Part shown: piece by piece, positions 36,190 to 46,700 of the stretch
Layout of the letters: every line of letters starts with the position of its first letter
How positions within the stretch are numbered: position 1 is the first letter of the stretch
Origin: Phoronis australis
Lineage: Eukaryota; Animalia; Phoronida
Length of the DNA: 64,000 nt
Direction of reading: 5' to 3'
Assembly: GCA_002633005.1 (NCBI GenBank)
Contig: NMRA01000232.1
Coordinates: forward strand, 422,866 to 486,865
Position numbers and translations under genes: made by a program
The notes under the pieces: generated by a model
What the model saw: only the letters and a program-made list of their open reading frames with translations
The model's database searches: none
What the model was told of the DNA's origin: nothing

Positions 36190-39100
36190 CTGTAAAAAAC
36201 AATACTGACAGTCAGTGGAACGTTACTTAGAACTACAGACCCTGCAAGACTAGAGCAGGATAAACTGAAAACAAAAAAATAAGACAAATGGGAGGCAATT
36301 TGAAAGCATTTGGAAGAGCTTTAAAATCACATCGTATGGCAAAAATCTGACCAAATGACACTGTTTTCGAGATCTACACCAAACTCAAATGATGGAGCTT
36401 AGATTCAAGACTGCGTTGATCGGAATTTCACCATTTGGATAGATTTTAGATTATCTGTATAAAAGGACCTTTTTTACCTGTAAAGTGGTTGCGGGTACAT
36501 GAAATATCATCGCTTCATTGTAGATGGGATTCGCTTCGTTGCGTTTCACCGATGTTTTCTTTTTCTTGATCTTTTTCCCGTTTTGTATTAAATAGATACG
36601 CACGTAAGGATCTGCAAAATATCACTAATGCCACCTAACGAGCAACTTTTAAGCCGTTATAGACCTTTATTCTAGTGATGAAACAAACTTCTCATAGGTA
36701 TATTTGCTTTTCCATAACGGTACCGCGTTCTTATAATTGGTTTAATTTGAAACTGGTTGTAGTGGAAAGCTTAAAAATGTTCAGTCGACCGCGCTGCTTC
36801 AGCCGTATCGGTTGAAATTAACCTGCCCCTGGCTGTCACAAGACATCTGGTATGTGAAGTATACAACAACCAACGTGCTCTTCGCACGCTAGAAATCACC
36901 TCTGATCTGAATAAGATAAGGTGTGATTCCCATCTTATGTACATGTAAGTGAACTCGTAAATCAAACGTGCCCTGACAGAAGGTGGGTGTATAATTCATC
37001 GCTTCTTTAATGCTCAAGACGTAGTTATTCAACGTGCAGAATATTTCATATTCAACGCGTACAATTGCTTATTCGACACGTAAGTTTTAATAAGTTCTAT
37101 ATTTCGCCTGTGGTGTGTTCTCTCCGTGTTACGCACGGACTGTAAACTTGTCGTTAATTGGACACAAGTCAGTGCGCTTTCAATAACCAATTCAACGCGT
37201 TGAATAAGCGCAGTAAGGTAATCGATTAAAAACCAATTCTGCGCGTTCCATAACCAATTTTACGCACTGAATAAGCACAGAAAGATAATAAGAAGCGTTT
37301 TGCGTGTTGAACAGGTAACTTTGCGCTTTGAATATTGTGCTTGTTGAATTATCCCATTTCAAAACACAGAACGGTACTGGTTTAAGAATACTTTATCGCT
37401 TCAAATGTGCACACCCTGCAGGCAGACAGAGTCGATATTGAATGCCGCACATTGGAGTATCACTTTCCAACGTAAAGACACAATAGACCGGTTTTTACTA
37501 ACCGTTGTTGCCATCCGTACTGAAAATAAGATTCCTTGCTTTTACAATGACCACAGTGAGGCGCTCTGCAGTGGGAAGGTAGCTTATAGAGAACATAATG
37601 TCCCCAATTTTGTGACAAGGCTGAAAGACAAAAGAAAAAATAAGAGCATTTTGTTCGCGGCTATTTTCCCTTGACAATACGCAGCCTAACCCGTTACGGT
37701 AACCTTTCCAGTTCTCGAACACCAAATATTTCGAACATACCTGTTTCTTGGCTTGTTCGTAAAATACGTCATTGCATTGTGATTTTTTTTTCAAAATTGT
37801 TTGAACCAAACCAATTGATACCTGTTCCTCGATGTCCTTGAGATTCATCCAAACTTTTACTGGAGACGATATATCGATGTCACCAATGCTCAGATCTGAT
37901 TCACCTATCAACTTCGGACGTGCAAACTTGTCCACAGCGTATATTTGGAACTGTAGAACTTTGTTGTCTAATTCTTCATAACCAACGTTGAAGAAGAACC
38001 GTTCTTTATAGATAGGGTGTAGCGTGTCTTTCTGTGTCTAAACAAGGCAAGACAAGACAAGGAAAGTCAATTATTCTGCTACGTACAATATAAACATATA
38101 TACCGTGTATTATAGTCGGATGCAGTGCGATATGCAGGATAATCACTCAAAAATTAATGGTTTCAATTTTTGAGCCTCATGAATGCTTCGTGACCAAAAT
38201 ACCTAACTGTATTTCTTACAGAAATACCTCTCACTTGAGGTCTAACTCGAAAAAATATTGCGCACGGGATATTTTCGTACGTAAAAAGTAAATACCTGAG
38301 TCTGCTTTATGTTTGTCTCATCTGGTAAGAGTATCACCCAGACATAAGTGTCCAAAGTTCCTGAGTACTCATTGACTGGTAGGTCTTTGGCTTGGATCAC
38401 ACTAACTACGAGTTCACCGATTTCTCTGGAAAACATTTCATCGAGTGTAGCGCAAGGTACCGTGTAAAGGATTAAAGTTTTCTGTCATGAACAGTATTTT
38501 ATTAGCTGCAACATCACAAAGTCCTTTTGTTGTTCTTTCGAGATTGCTTTCCCAACTCATCTTTGTCATTAAGTTTATTCTTAGAGGTTTTCTGAAGGTT
38601 ACGTGTTAAATTGCCTATATTTTAACATGTGGAGTTTTTGAAAGTTATACTGAACGGGAAAATTCAAAATTATGCGAAACAAATGCAAATTTCAGGGTTG
38701 CAAAGCACTTCAAATAACAATAGGTAATTACTATTTATTACATAACGTAAGAGTGTATTTATCATAGTAAACTTTCACGTGATGGTCATTTCTATAAAAT
38801 GTTGGCGCAGCTACATGTACATAGTTCCAATCCCTACAGGTAATTGACAAATTTACAAACCTATCGTACTCCAAGCCAAATTCTATCTGACCCCACTTGG
38901 GAAGTTCTGGTTCCACGTCCATTATATCGAAGTCGGACAAAACGCTTTCACATGACATTGTTCTTGATAAACTTGCTTGTGACCCGTCGTGTTCTGAAAC
39001 TGCCCAGTTTGATTTGGTCATATATCGCTGATGCGTGCATGATCTTTTTGTCAAGAATTCAAAGAGCATGCGTTTGCTTTTGCTCAGAAAGATGTTACCT

Positions 39101-42100
39101 GTACCATGTTCGTGTAGTGGTTCATTCAGCAACACATCTCTCCATAATTTCAAAGGTCATGTATATGATAGACATGCGATTACAGAAAGTTGATAATCAC
39201 GCTCGTTAGTGTATATAATTACTCAGCACCACGTCACACTACCTACTGGACACGGATCGATGATTTGCGGCGGATCATTTTCGCCACAAAACTCGTTCTT
39301 AAAAATTAACATTTGAAAATGTTCAACCTAATTCATATTCACATCGTCCCTATATGCGGTACTGTTTCTAACTAATTCGGCCAACCAATTTCAGAGATAA
39401 GGATTAGAATGCAAGTTTCACTTTAAGTCATTCGTCAGTTCCTGTATCTGGCAATGTGATGAAAATTTGGGACTTTCGTGAATTGTAAAACGTCGTAATT
39501 GTGTATGAAATCTTATCTCCGATGACTTCGATAAGCGCGCCTGATATCGAAGCCCCAATCCGACGTCGATATAGTCCGGAGTGACGAATTCCAATGGGGT
39601 GCAGTAGAAGATAATAAGTTCGAATCGAGTTATCCCGAGATATGATATAACTCTCTTCATGTTTGAGAAAGCTAGTCCTTATGTGTGACAAATTTTGATG
39701 TCACATACCTTTTTCCAACCTGACGTCCAAACGAGGCTTTCGCCGGCAATGCAACATTTCTAAGTTTCGTCAGCCATGCTCTTTTCTGTGCACTGTCCCT
39801 CGGGAACTGATGGAACGGTACTCCAATCGAGCGCGCGCCTCGGGAAAGCGTAAAGCAGGGCACGCAACAACTCAGCATGGCCTACAAGTCAGTCTCACAT
39901 TGCTGCCGGCGACTATGTAGTCTCGAGAATGGTATATACCGAGTTTGAATGAGGCGCGCTATTGGACTCGATCTCTCGTCGGATTAAAAATTATTAACAT
40001 TGAACAGCTTATTATTTAAAATGACTTATTCCTAATAAAATGTCATAGACAAAAATTGAATTTAGAGCCCAGTGTACGGTTATCTTCATGCGAGGCCTCC
40101 TATACTCACACAGGGGGCCTAGCTTTATTGTTGCCTTCGAGCGTGGCCCCAATAATATCATGATATGCGGCTGCCTTTGGGTCTGCTCTTTTAATATAAA
40201 GAGCCCCGCCCAAAGGCAACCACTGAGCGGAACTTTTGAGTGGGGCACCTATAGGGGATCCCCGACTAGTTGGCTACCTTTGATTGGAGCATAGGGACCC
40301 CAGCCTGAAGATGACCGTCGAGCGGAATCATATATATTAAAGTAGGCGGGCCCCACTCATTGACCAGCCATTACCACAGTGAAGATCCATAAAAACTATC
40401 TCTGTTTACAAAATAAATCAGGCGATGTAATATTAATGACATAAGCATCTGGTTACAAATTCAGGAACTGACTGAACAATAGGCAGGATAAAATGGCGGT
40501 GAATTCATAGGACGTCAAATTTCAGTTTCTGGAAAGCTTGGATTTGAACAAATTAAGTTTCACAAGAATGGTTACCATTCATCTAATAAGTCAGTCCTAT
40601 TATCTATCCAAACGTCCAAAAGTCCCAATTTTACCTTTAACTGCTCTAGCTTACAGGGCCACTGGGATTTATGCTAAAAAAGATACAAATCCTACCAACA
40701 GAAGAATCTCCATAAGAGTGCGCAGGACTGCTCGCGCGGCTTGTGTCCTCATCTGGTGTAATTTCGTCAAGATGTTTCAGGGTCGTTTCGCCAGTACCAC
40801 TGCCATCACCACTTAATGTATCATAGTGTACATATTTCCCTGAACCATCTAATATCAGTTCTTGTTCTGATGGATCCTACATGGAAACAAAGGCATCCAA
40901 AGGACAGTGCTGTGACGTAGAGCTGTACAAAATTGCGGTACTTCAAATTACACAAATTTGATGCCAAAAATTAAAATTGGTTCTGATTTTTTGAAAAACG
41001 AATCGGTGGTGCAGCATTTTGTTAGCTGCTCATGTTTTAGAAAAGAAAATCTCACTGAGACGAGCAAAACGATGCGCTATTTTACTTTCTCTTTTTTCCC
41101 ACCGCTTGGTATATCATGACGTTTCAAGCCTTGATTTTCCTTACTTGTTTGCGTGTGCACAGCTTAGCAAAATTATAGCAAGACCTGGGGTCTAATATGT
41201 TTACTCAAAATCAAACCTGATTTGTTTTTTGGCATTTTCTATTAATATATTTTTGTTCGAAGTCAAGATAATTGTCTATCATTCCACTATCCAGTACATA
41301 ATCGCTTGCGTGAATAACTGTCTAATCCCATTTTGCATTTAATGACCTCAGGATGAAGGCTCGAAATGTCGAGTTTTTACTGGTCAGGAGTTTTTAGCTG
41401 GAATCGGAGATCATCAAGTGCGAACTTGAACTAGAAACTCGCATGCGTATACCATTATGTGAGCAATCAGAGAATAATAGGCACTTAATATCCCGAGTTC
41501 ATGAAAAAGTAAAATAAATAATTTCCGAGTACTATTTCGAGTACATTAATTAGACCTCGTGCCCTGATCTTAGTTGATATCCATTCTAGCGATTTCTAAG
41601 CTTAACTGCCATTATTATCCATTGTATTTTTAGTGATTAACATTAAAAAATCTTGACTGAAATTGATGCGGAGGAGCGTGTTTATAGTCAATGAGCGCAG
41701 GTCTCAAAATGAACCGTGGTATAGATCAGAACCAACTAGACTTTTTGGCCTGAAATGACAGTTCATCATTCATCAATCATTTGGCAGGCGGAGATCAGAT
41801 CAAGTTTGGTTTTAAAGCCGATGCACGTTTTATTATAGTAAGCTAGTATTTGAAAATGTAAACATGCTTGACCGCATATGTCATAGAAACCAAAAAAGAA
41901 ACAACTGAAATGCCAACTACTTATCGTTTCACCAATCATTATCTTTCATTGCCCTGAGAATTAACAATTACAATGAAAACTTATTTAATTAGCGTGTCAC
42001 CTTGTATTCATCTAGTGCCTGTTCGTGTTTGGTTAATTCGTCTTTTTCTTCACTCTTTTCCAGGCACTTGGTAACTTTCCATACCGATTTCGCATTTCCA

Positions 42101-42201
42101 GCCAACGGAGTGATCAGTTTGCAGAATAGTACAATCAGCAGTGCCACTGCTACACTGCCACCAATCATAATGGCCGCTATTTCCCAGGGAACCAGAGACA
42201 T
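36013..42201 (-). CDS. SYT12: Synaptotagmin-12-like protein (N-terminal TM, spacer, C2A, C2B), ~429 aa, 8 coding exons
   Basis: Exons (-): 42201-42001, 40876-40696, 38993-38861 (acceptor uncertain), 38425-38296, 38037-37822, 37620-37503, 36611-36478, 36189-36013; phases consistent, 1290 nt. Diagnostic SYLPTAERLTVVIVKARNL, DPYVRIYLIQNGKKIKKKKTSVKR, NEAMIF, HWNQMITSLRKPASAWHSL closely match recalled vertebrate SYT12; PWEI before the TM. Confidence 0.9.
36478..36611 (-). CDS. SYT12: SYT12-like exon (C2B, polybasic KKIKKKK)
   Basis: attttgcag|AT...TTACAG|gtaaaa. Confidence 0.92.
37025..37352. repeat. Intronic foldback of degenerate ~21-bp units (tattcaacgcg / cgcgttgaata)
   Basis: Units in one orientation at 37026-37080 and inverted at 37195-37350. 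Confidence 0.5.
37503..37620 (-). CDS. SYT12: SYT12-like exon (C2B start, GDIMFSISYLPTAERL)
   Basis: tgtctttcag|CCT...AACG|gttagt. Confidence 0.92.
37822..38037 (-). CDS. SYT12: SYT12-like exon (C2A second half)
   Basis: cttgtttag|ACA...GAACAG|gtatca; TQKDTLHPIYKERFFF...KDIEEQ. Confidence 0.9.
38296..38425 (-). CDS. SYT12: SYT12-like exon (C2A first half)
   Basis: gttttccag|A...ACTCAG|gtattt; EIGELVVSVIQAKDLP...LLPDE. Confidence 0.9.
38861..38993 (-). CDS. SYT12: SYT12-like exon (spacer to C2A beta1, GQIEFGLEYD)
   Basis: Donor GATAG|gtttgt firm; acceptor gtttcag at 38994 preferred, in-phase alternatives start at 38999 and 39098. Confidence 0.8.
39530..39878 (-). mobile_element. Degenerate THAP zinc-finger remnant (transposon-derived) in a SYT12 intron
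   Basis: MLSCCVPC...GVPFHQFPRDSAQKRAWLTKLR has the THAP C-x-x-P-C, FH-FP and W signature; the downstream C/HF part is broken; termini not found. Confidence 0.6.
40073..40320. mobile_element. MITE-like GC-richer element with ~33-bp imperfect TIRs
   Basis: acggttatcttcatgcgaggcctcctatactc vs reverse complement of gagcatagggaccccagcctgaagatgaccgt. Confidence 0.5.
40696..40876 (-). CDS. SYT12: SYT12-like exon 2 (spacer, DPSEQELILDGSGKY...GDSSV)
   Basis: tttgtttccatgtag|GAT...GTTG|gtagga; phase 0/1. Confidence 0.85.
42001..42201 (-). CDS. SYT12: SYT12-like first coding exon with TM helix (MSLVPWEIAAIMIGGSVAVALLIVLFCKL)
   Basis: atttttcag|ATG...TACAAG|gtgaca. Confidence 0.88.
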
Positions 42202-42286
42202 CTGAAAAATATAAACGCTAAAGGAAAGCATGAACAAATAAGAAAACGCTATCTTGAGGCCAAAGCCCGATTCGTAGAAAACGTAC

Positions 42287-42330
42287 CTGTCCAAAACTCG
42301 TAGTCCGTCACCAACTTCAAATGAACACAT
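42287..42330 (-). other. Candidate 5'-UTR exon of SYT12-like gene containing an upstream ATG
   Basis: tagtgtcag|ATGTGT...GGACAG|gtacgt, giving an 85-nt intron to the acceptor at 42202. Confidence 0.45.
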
Positions 42331-43289
42331 CTGACACTAGAGGCTTATGAGATGAAGCGGCAGCGGAAGCCGGACGCTCGGACGCCGGACGCCCTGGTGA
42401 CAGGCGCGCGCACTAACGCCCAGACGGAGATGACGGCAGTATGAACTCACATGTGTAAGTGTGGTCACATAAATATGGATACAAGAACTCATGTGAAACT
42501 CTCTTTGGTTGACAGTAGAGGGGTTTATACACAAACAGTGAAACCGATCTTTAGGCCAATTGTTAAAAACAAGTATCTGTAGATTGTTTTCAACTGAGCA
42601 ATGCTTGAGAAGTGATGGCATCATTTAAACATGGAGATGTATTTCATTCCGTTTTACTACCTAAACACTTAATTGAAGTCACGCACGAAATTAAGTCTCA
42701 CAAATTTGTCTCGAAGTGACTTTGCTGAGTGAGTGTCGTAAGGTCTACGGATTGTTGCAACGACGGGATTTGCCCAGTTTTGACGTAATGTATTAGTACA
42801 GTACTTACATTAATGTGTCAGTCAACAGTTTTGATGTTTTGGGGCTTGAAAAACCGGGTATCGAGAGCTCCAACACTCTGTTGTTCCACGGGGCGTGCAA
42901 AATCTGAAAATATGATCAGTGTTCTGAGCCAAAGACTTCAAAAACTTTGTGCAAAGACAATTGAAACAGATTCCAAAGTCAATTTTTCGACTTTTACAGC
43001 TCCCAGCGCTGCTGCAGCCGGCTACGTAAAAACGAACAAAAATACCTACAATCCATCAGTTTTTATCCTAAAGCTACCATTCGCATGCATGTACTGTGAC
43101 CTGAAAGAAAGTATACAGTCGGAATGTCAAAATCCTTCAGATAATAGAAATTGAGTCGGTGCTGCTGGACCATCCGGATTTTTCACAAATTAAAGTGTCT
43201 GAAGGGTACCTCATGATAAGATTCAACTTCCCCTTTAGATGGCGCTACCAGATTTGATGGTATGAAGGAAAAAGATAAACTAAGACCGC

Positions 43290-43700
43290 AATTTCAAGAG
43301 ACAAAGACTGAGAATGTCAAACTCAGGGATTGCATTAAGCTGCTAGAGAAAAAGGTGGACGACCTCGAAAATAGGTCCAGAAGGGACAATATTACTATAC
43401 AGGTGTACATGGTATGAAGGAGGAGGTAAACGAGTCATGGGACAAAACTGATGAATTGGTTCAACAAGTGGCTGATGATTTAACAATAGGCGAGTTGTCT
43501 ATCGACCGTGCACACTGTCTGGGCAGAAAACAGCAAAACAGACATCGACCGATAAACGCAAAAGTATCGGCGACAGACAAATCTGCTCTCATGAAGAAGC
43601 GACCTATCAGAAGGGGTACACGTAACTGGAGATTTCTCATGGCGAATCTGAGTGGCCGGAAATCCGTCGCCAAGCTGGCTTAAGTGGCGACAGCGTTTCC
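43290..43700 (+). mobile_element. LINE ORF1 remnant (L1-type coiled-coil + RRM; CR1/L2/Tx1-like), frameshifted
   Basis: LEKKVDDLENRSRRDNITI / GMKEEVNESWDKTDELV...LSIDRAHCLG...RPINAKV matches the DLENRSRRxN...IDRAHR...RPI ORF1p signature. Confidence 0.8.
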
Positions 43701-46700
43701 TGGTTTATTAGTTACATGTAAAAGCTATCGGATGCAGTAGCAGTCCGGGATGAGCGAAAGGTTGGGTTGTTGCTAAACCATAGTGGCGATTCTGTGTTGG
43801 AAATATTTTTCAATCTATAATTTTCTAGTTTTGCCACAACGCAAATACGGCGCAGATGGCACCGACGTAGAAAGTTAAAAACCCGAACACTTTTGAACTT
43901 GTCATGAAGAAGTTTGATGTTCATTTTAGCCAGCGAGACCCACAACTTCAGTGAACGATTCTGTCGTTCCTAAAAGGTGACTCGGATCAGTCATTCCGCC
44001 GCTGCTACAGTAAGCTAAGAAACGTGCGGTGGGACCATTTCCACCTGAATTTTTGCATCAGGCCATATGACACAAGCTAACTTTCGCCGGACAGAGATAT
44101 TCACAACAAATTTATTAAGCTCTATGACATTTGCAACACTCACAGCTGAGGCAACAGTGCATATGTGACGCTACAAGCCTTGAACTCGNAGACAATAACA
44201 GAATACACTCTGCTACCGTATTGGGCAAATGACCAAACGACAAGCTTTTGCCCCACTTCCCGTGACGTCACAGTTAAGTCTCACATAATCTCGCGTTATT
44301 GTTATAAACTCGCAAAAGGCCTATTGTTATGAGGGTGTCAGTGGAATGGTTTGTCTTTGCGTTGCCTGGTTCTTTTTTCCATTTTAGGGTGCGAGCAAAG
44401 AGGGGACGACTTTTTCGTACATGCACTGTGTAGGGTTGTTCATGTTCAACTTTCAGGGGAACTAAATGATACACAAATTTACCCAATGTTTCAAATGTTT
44501 GCTCAACTAATGTTTACACAATTGGAATCAACTGATACGGTACTAGTCAGTCCTGTTTACGTTTCATCCGTAAGTCACGTTAAGGAAACCGTGAACTTTC
44601 ACTGCCTAAAACCTTCCTTTTGTGACTTTGGTGTTGACGGTCACCACCTTCCTCTTAAAGCTGTTTGCTTTCATCGCATCACAAAATATCAAATTAGTTA
44701 TTATTTCCCAATGAAAACATCATTAATGTTCATGACTTAAATATGGATAACACGAAATAGATTGATTATTACACGAATTGTTCTAAAATTTCTTGGGTTC
44801 TACCATCATCACGAATCGAAACGTCAACTGCTACATGTATCTTGGAGGGGTTGGACAACCCTTTCAAACTTGCTTTCCAATACGCTGAATGATTTGTTTG
44901 TGGACGGTCACGTAACTAGTATACAATTTGCGTTAGGTGGTGAACACAAGAAAAAAAATTGCTGCCCAAATACTCTGATCTTAAATATTTAATTAAAACT
45001 ATCGTTCCGCTACAAAACAACGCGTGTGTTGTCATCTTTAAAACGAATAATATTACTCGAAAAATATTGTTGAAGCCCATTAAGACTGAGAAGAGCCCGA
45101 CTTCATCAGATTCTCAGTTATGTCGCAGTGAACGAGATCACTACAACATGTCCGTCCAAAAGCAGGGAGCCTCAAGCAACAAGAAGCAGTTTGAATTAGT
45201 TTGCTGTTTCCTGTGGTTTGGGTCAAAGAGTTTCGATTGCGTTGTAACCGACAATGCGCCACCACTGTCTCACTACGGTATTTGTCCAATAGCACGTTAC
45301 ACACAAAAATAATACAGAATTCATTTCCACTAAACTCTTCTTACATTGGCTGGGACACTTTTTTCACAACAAGTGGACAAAAACTTGTTGAGTCGACTGG
45401 ACCAACAGATTGAACGGATGCCCGATTACTCAATATAATTTATTTTCTTGTAACGGAGGGAACAAATATTATGGAACGCTACTAGCGTCACCTTGTGACG
45501 CATTCCGAATAATACGCTTACACGAAAGTCACGCATTTCTAAAGATATGAGTGACTTTTCACCGGTCGTCCTTCGGAGCGGCTTTTACCGGGGTTCAAGA
45601 GAGCGCGGCGCCAGACTCAGTTGCGCTGACCACATTGTCCGATGCGAGCAAGACCCAATTAAGTGTAATTACCCGACCATAAACTGTAGTAAACACCTCT
45701 GCCTGTGCATAGTGGCGAATTTTCAAAATGCATAAACCTACACTTTTCGTTAAAAACAGGTACCACAGCTGTATTCAGATGGAAAAAACAACCAAGTTTG
45801 GTTTTCGAGTTTTAAAATCGATGAACTATTAAGCTAAAACTACAAACATTGGGTACGATTGAAGATAAACAACTGTGCGTATTGATATACTCGGTGATTT
45901 ACAAACGATGATCAGAAATAACAATATCACGTGGAGATTATTCTTGCAATGTACAACTAAGCTACACTGAAACATCAATGAACAACACACAGTGACTGAA
46001 TTAGATATCAATATTTTTTTAAAACATCGCTTATGGCCCAGTGAATGCCGAACTACTTTACTCCAGGAGTAGTATACTAACCGGAAAACTGCTATTCGCG
46101 GAAATGCGCCAATTTCGATAGATAGCTTGTAGTTGTAATGGAACACCTGTGGAGAAAACTTTGTAGTCAACGAGAGAGGGCAAGCAGTGGAAGAGGTTGG
46201 TCGGTGGGCAAGAGCTGTAATTTCATTTTTATGACTGAGGAAAAGCTAGTCTTAGTTATGTAGTTACTGCAACCAAAATTGTCCAGAGGTTCCAAATCTT
46301 CAGTTTGGCTATCACCATATTTGCACATTTGTATATATTTTTATGATTTGAGTTCTAATAAAGATTGAACTTGAACTAATGGCACGTGGAGTTTTGTTTG
46401 CTGTGACATGTTTGGTGTAGCTGTAATCTGGAAAATTCAGGAATGGGTTCAGAATTAACTGACTTCTAAGTTGTTTTGATGCTTCGGTTAATCACAAAAT
46501 AAAAAGATAGCAACCCTAACCGGTAAGAAAAAAACAAGTAGACAGGCGTATTAAAATAAAGTAATGAAAATAGGTATGAAACATATTTAAAACCAACATA
46601 CCTTTGGGAAGTGGCCCTTTGTCAAGATCAACGCAAATTAACTTTTTAGTCTTTTTGTAATATTTAAAATGTACTAAGTTGAAACTGCTCTCCAGATTTC

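Noticed and set aside
41380-41430. Possible extra Syt12 exon (FKFALDDLRFQLKTPD) on -
   Set aside because: Donor phase incompatible, and exons 42001 and 40876 already join in frame.
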